From: an uncultured Actinomycetota bacterium
GTDB taxonomy: Bacteria > Actinomycetota > Actinomycetes > Actinomycetales > Demequinaceae
Assembly (NCBI GenBank): GCA_963735005.1
Contig: CAVTJA010000008.1
Location: 42,829 to 106,828 of the forward strand
Direction of reading: 5' to 3'
Length of the DNA stretch: 64,000 nucleotides
Made by a program: the position numbers and the translations under genes. The notes beneath the pieces are model-generated. The model worked only from the letters and a program-made list of their open reading frames with translations, did not search any database and had not been told where the DNA came from. Shown here in pieces: positions 26,543 to 38,441 of the stretch; within the stretch, counting starts at the first letter, position 1; each line of letters opens with the position of its first letter.

Positions 26543-27715
26543 CTAAGCGACTCGCGTGCCCGACGCCAGCGTGCCGTGCGGGACGGCAACCCTGCGCACC
26601 GCGAGCGCGATCGCGCCGGCGGCGAGCAGCAGGTGCGCGCCAAGGCCGAAGGGCCACACAGGGCCGAGGCTCGCGATCTGCAAGTCACGCGCAGAAGGAC
26701 CCTCACCGTAGTCCCCGCGAGCCTGCCAACATTCATCGAGCTTGGACTCGGGCCCAAGCCGCGCGACGCGCACGCCGTTCTTGATCTCGCCCAGGATCGA
26801 GAAGCCGTAGCTATTTTGGTCACGTTCCGCCACCGGCGCCGCGTCAGAGACGATCACAAACGGGTTGAGGGCGAGCAGCCACCACGTGCGCTCCGAGTGA
26901 AACTGCTCGCGCTTGGCGACGTACCAGGTGCATGCCGGCTCGTCGTAGGCGGAGTCATCCCAGGTGGGCTGGACGACGTTTTGCGCGGCCTCCACCGAGC
27001 CGTTGATGGACACGAGGTCCTGCTCCCACAGGTACCCGCTGCCGTAGATGTCGACGGGCTCCTTGGTGGTGACAAGCAGCGCCGTGAGTCCGAAGAACAC
27101 GGCGGTGAGGATCGACAAGGTGGCGACCGTGACGTAGGACAGCACGGCGGAGGCGGACGGGCGCGCGGTGATGGCTGACCAGCCCAGGCCGAACGCGCAC
27201 ACCACCAGCAGCTCGACGGCCAGCACACCAACCGTGGTGAACAGCGCGCCCACGTGCGAGTTGCTGATCGCCATCGCGTACGCGATGAACGGGATCGACA
27301 CCACCACGAAAGCGAGTGACGCGATCCATGCGCCTAGTAGCTTGCCGATGACGATGTCGGCGGCGGACAGCGCGGTGGCCTGGAGCGGCGCAAGCGTGCC
27401 CTCTTTGTTGTCGCCGTTGACGGAGGTCGCGGCGAGCGTCGGCGACACGAGCAGTCCAAGGAAGAGGACGAAGAACACGATTAACCCGAAGACCGTGTCG
27501 GTGTCGTCCTGGCCGTTCATGTTGGCCGCGGTCAGCATGGTCACGAACCCCACCAAGGCGGCGAACGCGACGAGCACCCAGATCCACTTGGTCGAGCGGA
27601 CGCGCTGGCGCAGCTCGAGCGAGGCGACAAGCCAGATGCCGTGCCCGCTCATCTTCCAGGCGTAGCGCGCGTTGCGGTGCGGCGCGCTGGGTGGGGCCTG
27701 CTGCTGGGTGGTCAT
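26543..27715 (-). CDS. ABC-2 type transporter permease
   Basis: 390 aa, polytopic. Its start overlaps the stop of the upstream ATPase by 4 nt. Confidence 0.75.
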   Translation of the reverse strand: MTTQQQAPPSAPHRNARYAWKMSGHGIWLVASLELRQRVRSTKWIWVLVAFAALVGFVTMLTAANMNGQDDTDTVFGLIVFFVLFLGLLVSPTLAATSVNGDNKEGTLAPLQATALSAADIVIGKLLGAWIASLAFVVVSIPFIAYAMAISNSHVGALFTTVGVLAVELLVVCAFGLGWSAITARPSASAVLSYVTVATLSILTAVFFGLTALLVTTKEPVDIYGSGYLWEQDLVSINGSVEAAQNVVQPTWDDSAYDEPACTWYVAKREQFHSERTWWLLALNPFVIVSDAAPVAERDQNSYGFSILGEIKNGVRVARLGPESKLDECWQARGDYGEGPSARDLQIASLGPVWPFGLGAHLLLAAGAIALAVRRVAVPHGTLASGTRVA

Positions 27716-28722
27716 CGGCGGTCCTCGCTCATCGAATCCATGGACATGTATGCCTGCTCGAGCGCGCTGCCCACCGGCGCGAAGCTGGTGACCTGTACGC
27801 CGCCCTTGATCAGTTTGGTGAGCAGCGCCGCCGCGTCCTTCTTGTCCTTCACGGCGACCGTGGCGTCGCCCCCGCGGTCGGCGATGTCGGCGGCCTTCCA
27901 GTCGCGCTTGGCGGCATCGAGGGCCTTGGCAAGCGCGGTGCCGTCAAGGGCGGTCACGAGGTACGCGGCGCGGGCGGCCTTAACGATGTCCTGGGAGGCC
28001 TCGTCGAGCGTCTTGCCCTTGGACATGAAGATCGCGTCGTCGACCATTTCGTCGAGTTCGCTCAACACGTGGCTCGAGATCAGCACTGCCTTGCCGTCGG
28101 CCGCGAGCTGACGCAACTGCTTGCGGAGGTCGATGCGGGAGCGCGGGTCGAGGCCCGACGCGGGCTCGTCGAGGATGAGGACCGCGGGGTCCGCGATAAG
28201 CGTGCGCGCGAGCGACAGCCGCTGCTTCTGGCCGCGGGACAGCACCCGCAGCGGCGACGCCGCGAACTCCGCGAGGTGGACCTCCTCGAGCAACTGGAAG
28301 CCTCGCCGGGCGGCGGCCTCCTTGGTCATCCCGCAGGCGCGGCCCATCGTGACAAGCAACTCGTGGCACGACAGCGAGTCCCAGGAGCCGAGCGCGTCCG
28401 GCATCCAACCGACGGCGACGCGTGCCTGGGGGTCTCCGGTGGTGGGGTCGAGACCTGCGACGGAAATAGTGCCGTCGTCCGGCGCGAGGAGCCCGGCAAG
28501 CATGAGCATCAGCGTGGTCTTGCCAGCACCGTTCGGTCCGATCAGGGCGGTGACCTTGCCGGGCGGAACGTTGACGCTGGCGTCGACGACCGCTTGGACG
28601 CTGCCGAAGGCGCGGCGCACTCGGTCCGCCTGGATGCCTGGAGGTGCCGCTACTTTGCTCGCATCATTCACGACGCTCACGCTACGCCGAAAAGTCTCGT
28701 TCGGCGCGGGCACAGCGCACAT
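27712..28722 (-). CDS. ABC transporter ATP-binding protein
   Basis: Walker A GPNGAGKTT, signature LSRGQKQRLSLA and Walker B LILDEPASGLD. The start is set at ATG 28722 to avoid overlapping the divergent TetR gene. A GTG at 28680 is also possible. Confidence 0.85.
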   Translation of the reverse strand: MCAVPAPNETFRRSVSVVNDASKVAAPPGIQADRVRRAFGSVQAVVDASVNVPPGKVTALIGPNGAGKTTLMLMLAGLLAPDDGTISVAGLDPTTGDPQARVAVGWMPDALGSWDSLSCHELLVTMGRACGMTKEAAARRGFQLLEEVHLAEFAASPLRVLSRGQKQRLSLARTLIADPAVLILDEPASGLDPRSRIDLRKQLRQLAADGKAVLISSHVLSELDEMVDDAIFMSKGKTLDEASQDIVKAARAAYLVTALDGTALAKALDAAKRDWKAADIADRGGDATVAVKDKKDAAALLTKLIKGGVQVTSFAPVGSALEQAYMSMDSMSEDRR

Positions 28723-28737
28723 TGGACTTGCGTATTC

Positions 28738-28754
28738 GTTACTAGTCGGGTAAC
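28738..28754. promoter_or_regulatory. candidate TetR operator (GTTAC-N7-GTAAC) in an AT-rich divergent spacer
   Basis: Inverted repeat GTTACtagtcggGTAAC between the divergent ABC and TetR genes. Confidence 0.35.
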
Positions 28755-28783
28755 TTACTATTATCCAGAGCGAAGGAACACCC

Positions 28784-29344
28784 ATGCCCCGCCCCCCCAG
28801 CGACAAGCGCGAGCGCCTCACCGGCGCCGCCGCTGCGCTCGCGTACACCCGTGGATTCGAGCGGACGACCATCGGCGACATCGCCGACGAGGCCGCCGTG
28901 CCCCAGGGAAGCGTCTACTACTACTTCAAGACCAAGGACGACGTTGGCCGAGCGATCGTGGATTCGATGCTCGCGCGCTACTCGGCGGAGTTGGCCGGCT
29001 GGGAGGCCACCGAGGACCCGGCCGCGCGGCTGCTCGCGTACGTCGAGATGTATGTCCGCGACGCCGCCAACGTGAAGAGCTACGGCTGCCCCATCGGCTC
29101 GCTGTGCGCTGACCTGCGCAAGTTCGACGCGGACCTCGGCGACGCCGCATCCGGCGTGTTCCGGATGTCCCTCGCTTGGGCGCAAGACCAGTTCGCCGCG
29201 CTGGGATCCAAGGACGCCGCCGCGGACGCCCTCCAGTTCCTCACCGAGATCCAGGGCGCGGCGGTACTCGCCAACGCGCTCGACGACGACGGCCCGCTCG
29301 CCGCAGCGGAGGGCCGCATCAGGGGGCGCTTGGCCGCCTACTAG
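28784..29344 (+). CDS. TetR/AcrR family transcriptional regulator
   Basis: N-terminal HTH AAALAYTRGFERTTIGDIADEAAVPQGSVYYYFKTKDD. Confidence 0.9.
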   Translation: MPRPPSDKRERLTGAAAALAYTRGFERTTIGDIADEAAVPQGSVYYYFKTKDDVGRAIVDSMLARYSAELAGWEATEDPAARLLAYVEMYVRDAANVKSYGCPIGSLCADLRKFDADLGDAASGVFRMSLAWAQDQFAALGSKDAAADALQFLTEIQGAAVLANALDDDGPLAAAEGRIRGRLAAY

Positions 29345-29407
29345 TTCACCCACGCGGCCGTCCGGCCGCCCGACAACACCCTCACCACCACATAGGAAGG
29401 CTTTGCC

Positions 29408-30475
29408 ATGCCCAGAAACACCACTGTCCTCGTCACGGGAGCCACCGGCTTCCTCGGCGGGAACATCCTCGAGGCGCTCCGCGACACCGCGGGCGTCACC
29501 ACGATCGCCGCAGCTCGCGACGCCTCCCGCGTCCCCGCCTGGTTCAGCGGCGAGACCCGCGTCGGGGACCTCACCGATGCCGACTACCGCCGCGACGTCG
29601 TCCAGGGCGTCGACGTCGTGCTGCACGCCGGCACCTGGAGCACATTCTGGGGCCACGCGACCCAGGAGCGCGAGCTGTTCCTCGAGCCGTCCGTCGACCT
29701 GATCGACCAGGCCGTCGCGGCGGGCGTCGGGCGGTTCGTGGCGGCCTCGACCGTCGCAATCTCGACCCCGTCGCGGGACGGCGAGCTCGTCGCGGACGAC
29801 GCGCCCGCGGTCAAGCGTGGCTACTGGCCGCACCTCGACTTCATGATCGACGTCGAGGACCACATGCGTGCCGCCGCCGGCGCCACCCAGATGGTGGCGT
29901 TGCGGCTGGGCCACTTCGTGGGCGCCGACAACTCGCTTGGCCTGGTGTCGGCGATCATCCCGCGCCTCAGGACCCGCCAGGTGCCGTGGGTCGCGGGCGG
30001 GCGTGCGCACCTGCCGCTGGTGTCCGGCGAGGACATGGGGCGCGCGTTCGCGCTCGCGGCCGTGGCCGACGGCCTGGCGCCGTTCGAGTCGATCAACGTG
30101 ATCGGTCCGGAGCAGCCCACCGCGCGCGAGGTGTTCACGTTCGTCGCCAGGGAGGCTGGAGTGCCCACGCCTGCCTACTCGGTGCCCCTCGGGGCCGCGT
30201 TTGGCTTCGGTGCGCTCATGGAGGCGGTCCACCCGCTCACACGCGCCAGGGCCCCGTTCCTGACGCGTGCGCTCGTGCACGTGGGGCAGGACTGGCACGC
30301 CTCAGGCGAGGCCGCGCAGCGCAAGCTCGGCTACGAGCCGACCGTGGCGTGGCGGGACGCCGCGCGCGCATCGATCGAGGAGCGCCGCGCCCTTGGCTTC
30401 GCGTGGCCCGCTCTCGCCCAGCCGGTGACGACCACCGCGGTCCCGGCGAAGCAGGGTGCCAGCGCGGGCGCGTAG
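29408..30475 (+). CDS. NAD-dependent epimerase/dehydratase family (extended SDR) protein
   Basis: Rossmann motif [18 protein letters not shown]. Confidence 0.85.
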   Translation: MPRNTTVLVTGATGFLGGNILEALRDTAGVTTIAAARDASRVPAWFSGETRVGDLTDADYRRDVVQGVDVVLHAGTWSTFWGHATQERELFLEPSVDLIDQAVAAGVGRFVAASTVAISTPSRDGELVADDAPAVKRGYWPHLDFMIDVEDHMRAAAGATQMVALRLGHFVGADNSLGLVSAIIPRLRTRQVPWVAGGRAHLPLVSGEDMGRAFALAAVADGLAPFESINVIGPEQPTAREVFTFVAREAGVPTPAYSVPLGAAFGFGALMEAVHPLTRARAPFLTRALVHVGQDWHASGEAAQRKLGYEPTVAWRDAARASIEERRALGFAWPALAQPVTTTAVPAKQGASAGA

Positions 30476-30490
30476 ACACACCCGCCCCGA

Positions 30491-30518
30491 GGGGCCGTCC
30501 GCCACCGCGGGCGGCCCC
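30491..30518 (+). terminator. stem-loop after the SDR gene
   Basis: ggggccgtccgc-cacc-gcgggcggcccc. Confidence 0.5.
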
Positions 30519-30638
30519 GCTGCATCTGCCACCCAACCTGCGTCCGGGACCGAAGCCGCGTCCCGAGCCCCCGCGAGCGCCACTAGAATGTTCGGGCTGG
30601 CCGCGCCAGCGTCGTCCCCTCGTCTTCAGGAGCTACCG

Positions 30639-32960
<2,322 letters not shown>

Positions 32961-33014
32961 TTCGGCAGAGCTGTTCGCGGCCGGGATTCGAGGCGTAGCC
33001 GCTTGCCCACGGTG

Positions 33015-34433
33015 TCACCCATGGCCGCCATCGCCGCCCGCGAGTGCCGCGCTGACGAACATGACGGCTACCGGCAGGATGTGTAGCCACATCCGGTTGA
33101 GCGAGTCGTAGTGGCCAACACGGTAGGGGCCGCCGCGCGCGAGCGCGAGGAGCATGACGAGCGGGATGAACGCGGTCACGACCAAGCGCATTGGCGCGCC
33201 GCCTGAAAGGCGCATCGTCAACACGACTCCCACCACGAGCGCGGCAATCATGAACACTGTGAAACCCCACTTGCCGACGTAGCGGTTCGCCCACGTCGCG
33301 GTAATGCTGTCGGTCACGATGCTTGGCGTGCGCGCCCCCAGCGCCACCACCGCCGCCCAGAGAGCAATCTCGAAGCCACCGACGATCAGTCGAGAGTGAC
33401 GCCCAAGCCAGCCCCACACGGGCAACGCGAACGCGACCAGCACCGCCGCAGCGGCCGCGGCCTGCGCGAGTGCAAACACCGGGACTGAACCGCCGCCGCG
33501 CATCACGACAAAGACGGTGAACCCCTGCCACGCGAGCATCGCGACAGCGAGTGCGGCCAACGGGACCTTGCGAGAAGAGGCGGCGGCGGCGCCGTGAGCG
33601 ACGAGCGGCGCGAGGGCGAGCGCAGCGAGCACCGCTCCCGACGGGCGTGTCAGCACCAAAGCGACCGACGCGACTGCCGCAAGCCCCACAAGCGCCGGCA
33701 CACTGGGACCGGGCCTGGAGATCATCAGCCAGGCGGCGCCAGCAACAGCGACGACGAGCATGCCGGCGAGCGCATGGCCATTGAGGTAGAACGTGTGGAA
33801 CACGAATCGGTTCGTCGTCACGAGAGTGACGACCGCGAGCGTCGCGAATAGTGCCACCGTCTTGGCCGCCACGCGGCTCTCAAGGCCACGGGCAAGGAAC
33901 CACACCATCGCCGCCAGCCCCGCGAAGACCACGAGCGGCGTGACGGACGTCAGGTAGTAGTCGCCGGAGAGGTTCGCGGGCGAATGGATCGCCGCGACGC
34001 CGATGAGTCGCTTCGTCACGATCGTGGCTCCGGCGGCGTCGGAATAATGATTGGCGGCGAGCAGGGCGCCCGCATCCAAATACTGGAACGAGTCCACGTG
34101 CCAGCGCGCCAGGTTGAGCGCGCGGAACGCCGCGACCAACGCTGCCAGCGCCCCTCCAACGGCGGCCACCGCAACCCACGAGACCGAAATGTCGGCCCCA
34201 CGCCGGCGAGCGAACCACAGCGCCGCCGCCGCGATCAGCACGTCAAGAGCGAGCACTACGACCGGGGAAGTGGGCAGAAAAGTGATGACGAGGACGCCCG
34301 TGACCGCAATGTGCAAGCTCACGCCAGCGAGAAACCCGAGCGGTGCGAGCGCCCAGCCGCGCAGGCCGAGCGCACGTAGCGCCGCGGCGCCCGCGCTGGC
34401 GTAGACGGCGATAGCCAGAAGTTCGGGGATCAT
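33015..34433 (-). CDS. polytopic membrane protein, cassette copy A (large subunit)
   Basis: The ATG at 34433 overlaps the upstream stop (ATGA). It encodes 472 aa with at least 10 hydrophobic segments and is a clear paralogue of 35077..36567. Confidence 0.75.
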   Translation of the reverse strand: MIPELLAIAVYASAGAAALRALGLRGWALAPLGFLAGVSLHIAVTGVLVITFLPTSPVVVLALDVLIAAAALWFARRRGADISVSWVAVAAVGGALAALVAAFRALNLARWHVDSFQYLDAGALLAANHYSDAAGATIVTKRLIGVAAIHSPANLSGDYYLTSVTPLVVFAGLAAMVWFLARGLESRVAAKTVALFATLAVVTLVTTNRFVFHTFYLNGHALAGMLVVAVAGAAWLMISRPGPSVPALVGLAAVASVALVLTRPSGAVLAALALAPLVAHGAAAASSRKVPLAALAVAMLAWQGFTVFVVMRGGGSVPVFALAQAAAAAAVLVAFALPVWGWLGRHSRLIVGGFEIALWAAVVALGARTPSIVTDSITATWANRYVGKWGFTVFMIAALVVGVVLTMRLSGGAPMRLVVTAFIPLVMLLALARGGPYRVGHYDSLNRMWLHILPVAVMFVSAALAGGDGGHG

Positions 34434-35080
34434 CGCGCGCTCAAGTCGAGAGAGGCAAGAAGTGACTCCGGGAGCAGCGAGGCGTCGGCGATCACAAGGA
34501 CGCCGTCTTCGCCTACCACCCACACCAGGTCGAGCGCGGGCCCACCGACATGCTCGACGCGCTGCCCAGCGGTGAAGATGTCCACTAGGAAACTGCTGGG
34601 CACAGGGTCGCCTGGGAGGGGCTCGCTGAGCCACACCTGCCACGCCGGCCCTCCGGCGCCTGCCCCAGCCTCGGCCACGAGAACGCCCGAGTGCGCAGCG
34701 TCAACCACGGCCTGGGTGGGTGCGTCGACCCGCTTGACTGCGCCCGCTTGGCCGAAGCCCAGGAGGCGGCGCAGGGCGACCTCGTAGTCGTCGTCCGTGG
34801 CGCCGACCACGGTTACGGTCGAGCCAGGTGCAATTTCGGCGATCGCCACGGCGGGCGAGTACTTAGACCCCCAGTTGCTCTGGGGCTGTTCGAGCCCGTA
34901 CGCCAGCACGTCGCGTTGCGGCAGAGGCTTGATCGCGTACGTACGGTCGGTGGACGTCTTCGCCTCGGTCGCGGGGTAGTACACGGCATTCTGCGCAATG
35001 ATCACGACGAGCGGCGCGACGAGCCACGCGCGCCCGAACCGGAACGCTCGGAGCTTCGCCGGCACTCGCGTGGCCGTCAT
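34430..35080 (-). CDS. N-terminally anchored protein, cassette copy A (small subunit)
   Basis: The ATG at 35080 overlaps the stop of large-B (ATGA). It has one TM helix (WLVAPLVVIIAQNAV) and is a paralogue of 36564..37271 (AEIAPGSTV, GFGQA, VLVIADASLL). Confidence 0.7.
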   Translation of the reverse strand: MTATRVPAKLRAFRFGRAWLVAPLVVIIAQNAVYYPATEAKTSTDRTYAIKPLPQRDVLAYGLEQPQSNWGSKYSPAVAIAEIAPGSTVTVVGATDDDYEVALRRLLGFGQAGAVKRVDAPTQAVVDAAHSGVLVAEAGAGAGGPAWQVWLSEPLPGDPVPSSFLVDIFTAGQRVEHVGGPALDLVWVVGEDGVLVIADASLLPESLLASLDLSAR

Positions 35081-36567
35081 GCGCGCGCCGCGCGCTTTCG
35101 GCTGGCCGCGGGTTCGCCAGACGCGGACTCGAGGTGCCAGCCGCGCGGCCAGCGAGGCGCCCACGTGCCCTCCGCAAGCATCGCTGCGACGAAAAACACG
35201 GCGAGCGGCAGAATCTGCAGCCACATCCGGTTAAGAGAATCGAAGTGGCCCTCCCGGTATTCGCCTCCGCGAACGTAGGCGAGCACGAGCGCCATCGGGA
35301 AGAAGGTGGTGACCGCGAACCGCAGGTACACACTGTGCGACGCGCGCAGGGCGGTCACGGCGCCGATCACGAGCATCGCTGTCATGATCAGCGTCAGGCC
35401 CCACTTACCCGACACCGTGTTCGCTGCCGTGGCGGAAACCGAACGGGTCAGGATCTTTGTCGACATCGCGGTGAAGGCTGCCAACACGAGCCACACGCCG
35501 AGCTCGGACAGGCGCACGAGCAGCAGCTGGCGGCTGCTGAGCCACCGCAACCCCAGCGCCCACGTCGCGCCCGCAAGCAGGACTGACAGAGCCAGCATCT
35601 CGACGAGTGTTGTCGCGGGCGCGAAGTCGAACTGCAGGGCCAAGGAGACGCATGTGCCGTACCAGAGCATTCCCGCGCCTGCGAGGCTTCCCGCCAGGAT
35701 TCGGCGGTGCCGCAACGAGATGTGAGGAGACAACACCGCGGGCACCAGCGTCAGAACGCAATAAAGCAGGCCCTCGGGGCGAGTGACGACGACCGCGACC
35801 ATGGCGACGGCCGACAACGGCAGCAGGAAGCGTGCGTCGGCAACTTCTCCGCGCGCGAGCAGCCACGCGGTGGCGGCGATGATGAGGATGGCGCCCCCCA
35901 CAAGCAAGTGGCCGTTGAGGTACAGCGCGTGGAACACGAAACGGTTCGCTGTGACGAGGAACCCGATGCCGAGCACCGAGAACAAGGTGATCTGCGCGGC
36001 GGGAATCCTGCCGGTCAGGCCGCGGCGCAAGAACCACACGAACGATCCGAGGATCGCGATCGACATGATTGGGACGATCGACCGCACATACGTCTCGTCG
36101 TCCAGCGCGGCAGGCGCGTGCATGAACGGCACGCCGATCAACCGCTTGACGAGGAGGTAGTTCGAGACGGCGTCATAGTAGTTTCCGTTGGCAAGCAACT
36201 CGCCAATATTCAAATAGACGAGCGAATCCACATGCCACCTGACGACGTTCAGCGACCGGAACGCTGCGACGAGGCCGACCACGCCGGCCACCACCACAGG
36301 GGTGGGTCGCCAGTCGAAGGTCACGTCTTTGCCGCGGCGCCACTGGACCAACCACCACACCAGCGGCGCGAACATGGTGACCGCCAACGTGATGAGTGGG
36401 TTCGTCGCGACTCGCGCGGTGAGCTGCAGGGTGCCAACAGTCAGCTCGAAGAACAGGCCCGCGAGGAAGCCAAGCGGGACAAGCCCCCAGCCGCGCAGTC
36501 CGAGCACGCGCAAGCCAAGCACGCCCCCGACGAGCGGCGAAATGATCGCCGCGAGTTCGATGATCAC
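35077..36567 (-). CDS. polytopic membrane protein, cassette copy B (large subunit)
   Basis: 496 aa. The ATG at 36567 overlaps the small-B stop. It shares LGLRGW, PLGFLAG, RWHVDS, KRLIGV, NRFVFH..YLNGH and DSLNRMWL.ILP with copy A. Confidence 0.75.
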   Translation of the reverse strand: MIIELAAIISPLVGGVLGLRVLGLRGWGLVPLGFLAGLFFELTVGTLQLTARVATNPLITLAVTMFAPLVWWLVQWRRGKDVTFDWRPTPVVVAGVVGLVAAFRSLNVVRWHVDSLVYLNIGELLANGNYYDAVSNYLLVKRLIGVPFMHAPAALDDETYVRSIVPIMSIAILGSFVWFLRRGLTGRIPAAQITLFSVLGIGFLVTANRFVFHALYLNGHLLVGGAILIIAATAWLLARGEVADARFLLPLSAVAMVAVVVTRPEGLLYCVLTLVPAVLSPHISLRHRRILAGSLAGAGMLWYGTCVSLALQFDFAPATTLVEMLALSVLLAGATWALGLRWLSSRQLLLVRLSELGVWLVLAAFTAMSTKILTRSVSATAANTVSGKWGLTLIMTAMLVIGAVTALRASHSVYLRFAVTTFFPMALVLAYVRGGEYREGHFDSLNRMWLQILPLAVFFVAAMLAEGTWAPRWPRGWHLESASGEPAASRKRAARA

Positions 36568-37271
36568 GACGTGAGATCCTCCTCGTCGAGGCCCAACAAC
36601 GACGCCTCAATCACCAGTACCTGATGGTCCCATTTGGAGAACTCGGCATCGGGAGCGACGTTCCATCGCACTTGCACAAACACGCGCGGCGGGCCACCCT
36701 CGTGGCTCCGGCGGGCGTTCTCTGCCAAGATCTCGCCCAGAAAGGCCTCCGGATTGGCGAGGTCCCCGTAGTCGCCCGTTCCGGGCTCGAGCGCGATCGC
36801 CCAGGGCGCGCCCCGCGGGCCGCCCGGCCCGCGCGACACGATGTAGGGGGTGGGGTCAAACTCACCCATCAACTGCGCACTCGAGTCCTCAAGGACGTAG
36901 ACGTGGAGCGCCTTCCCGAAGCCGTAAATGCGCCGGGCGTCCTCAACCGCGTCGGAGGCTTTGTACACCGTCGATGCGGGCGCGATCTCAGCGAGCGAGA
37001 CTGTATACGCGTACCGCGACCACGAATTGCTGCCGGGCGTGAGGCCCTCGGCAAGCAGATCTGAGGTGTCGTAACGATAGATCGCGCGAGTGGTTTCGCC
37101 AGAGTTCCGTTCGATGAAGGGAAATTGGAGAATGTGAACGCCGATGCCGAGGACAAGCAAGCCCGCGAGCCACGTGCGCACGCTAACGCGAGACGACAAC
37201 CCGATCTTCTCGAGCACGCCAACCGTCCCTCCGCGCGCAGTTCGCGCGCCGTACCCGACAATGACCAACAC
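36564..37271 (-). CDS. N-terminally anchored protein, cassette copy B (small subunit); start uncertain
   Basis: It has one TM helix (WLAGLLVLGIGVHIL) and the strings AEIAPASTV, GFGKA and VLVIEASLL. Confidence 0.65.
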   Translation of the reverse strand: MLVIVGYGARTARGGTVGVLEKIGLSSRVSVRTWLAGLLVLGIGVHILQFPFIERNSGETTRAIYRYDTSDLLAEGLTPGSNSWSRYAYTVSLAEIAPASTVYKASDAVEDARRIYGFGKALHVYVLEDSSAQLMGEFDPTPYIVSRGPGGPRGAPWAIALEPGTGDYGDLANPEAFLGEILAENARRSHEGGPPRVFVQVRWNVAPDAEFSKWDHQVLVIEASLLGLDEEDLTS

Positions 37272-37327
37272 GTGCGGGGTGTTCGGCGCGGCGCTCTGCG
37301 CGCCACCTCCGACACCTCATTCTTTCG

Positions 37328-37355
37328 GCGGCCAACGAGCAAACTCGTTGGCCGC
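37328..37355 (-). terminator. perfect stem-loop downstream of tRNA-Pro
   Basis: gcggccaacgag-caaa-ctcgttggccgc, a 12-bp stem. Confidence 0.7.
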
Positions 37356-37363
37356 ATCTTTCA

Positions 37364-37438
<75 letters not shown>

Positions 37439-37445
37439 ATTGCCA

Positions 37446-37463
37446 GGCCGCGAAACTGCGGCC
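37446..37463 (-). terminator. short stem-loop after the metallophosphoesterase gene
   Basis: GGCCGC-gaaact-GCGGCC. Confidence 0.35.
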
Positions 37464-37522
37464 AAGGCTTGCCTAGGATAGCCGACGCCAGCGCCGCAAG
37501 CGAAACGGTGCCGCGCCACCAT

Positions 37523-38431
37523 TTACGACACCGCAGTCAACTCGAGGAGGGTCGCCTCCGGCCGGCACGCGAAGCGGATCGGCGCGTACGGCGACGTGCC
37601 CGCGCCCGCCGAGACGTGCAACCATGCTGAGTGTTCCCCGCCGGGTTGGTCAGGCCGCGGCCCAGGCCAGCCGTGCAGTCCGCGTGCTCGCCCGCGGTCA
37701 AGGTCGCAGTTGGTCACGAGCGCCCCAACGCCGGGCACCCGGACCTGGCCGCCATGCGTGTGGCCCGCGAACACGATCTGCGCGCCGTCGTCTATCAGGG
37801 CGTTGAGCGCGCGCTTGTAAGGCGCGTGCACCACGCCAATGTTGACGTCGCCAGCGACCGCGGGGCCCGAGGGCATGGCGTCGCGTTGGAGATGCGGGTC
37901 GTCCATCCCAGCAAACGCAAACCGGGTGCCCGCGATCTCAAGCGACCCGCGATGGTTGTTGAGGTCCAACCACCCGGCGTCGAGGAACGCTCCGGTCATG
38001 TCTTCGGTCGGCAACCGCTTGGGCTTGCGCCCCACGCGCGTGGGGCCGCGGAAGTACGTGAGCGGGTTCTTCGGTAGCGGCGCGAAGTAGTCATTCGAAC
38101 CGTTGACGAACACGCCCGCGCGGTCAAGCAAGGGGCCAAGCGCGTCCAGCACGGTCGGCACCGCATCCCTCCCCGCGAGGTTGTCACCGGTGTTGACAAC
38201 GAGATCCGGCTCGAGCTCCGCGAGCCCGCGCACCCAAGCGGCCTCCTTACGGCTGCGCGACGTGAGGTGCAGGTCGGACACGTGCAGCACGCGCACCGCC
38301 TGCGCACCAGCCGGCAACACCTGCGCCGTCGCATGCCTCACGACGAACGACCGCGCCTCGACTACTCCCCAGGCAACACCGGAGGTCGCGGTAGCGGCAA
38401 GGCCAAGCGTCACCTGCGCGACGATGCTCAA
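37523..38431 (-). CDS. calcineurin-like metallophosphoesterase, membrane anchored; start uncertain
   Basis: Motifs VLHVSDLHL, NTGDNL, NGSNDYF and GHTHGGQ. The candidate TTG start at 38431 avoids overlapping the PBP gene. The track ORF extends to 38623. Confidence 0.8.
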   Translation of the reverse strand: MSIVAQVTLGLAATATSGVAWGVVEARSFVVRHATAQVLPAGAQAVRVLHVSDLHLTSRSRKEAAWVRGLAELEPDLVVNTGDNLAGRDAVPTVLDALGPLLDRAGVFVNGSNDYFAPLPKNPLTYFRGPTRVGRKPKRLPTEDMTGAFLDAGWLDLNNHRGSLEIAGTRFAFAGMDDPHLQRDAMPSGPAVAGDVNIGVVHAPYKRALNALIDDGAQIVFAGHTHGGQVRVPGVGALVTNCDLDRGRARGLHGWPGPRPDQPGGEHSAWLHVSAGAGTSPYAPIRFACRPEATLLELTAVS

Positions 38432-38441
38432 ATCGCGCCGA

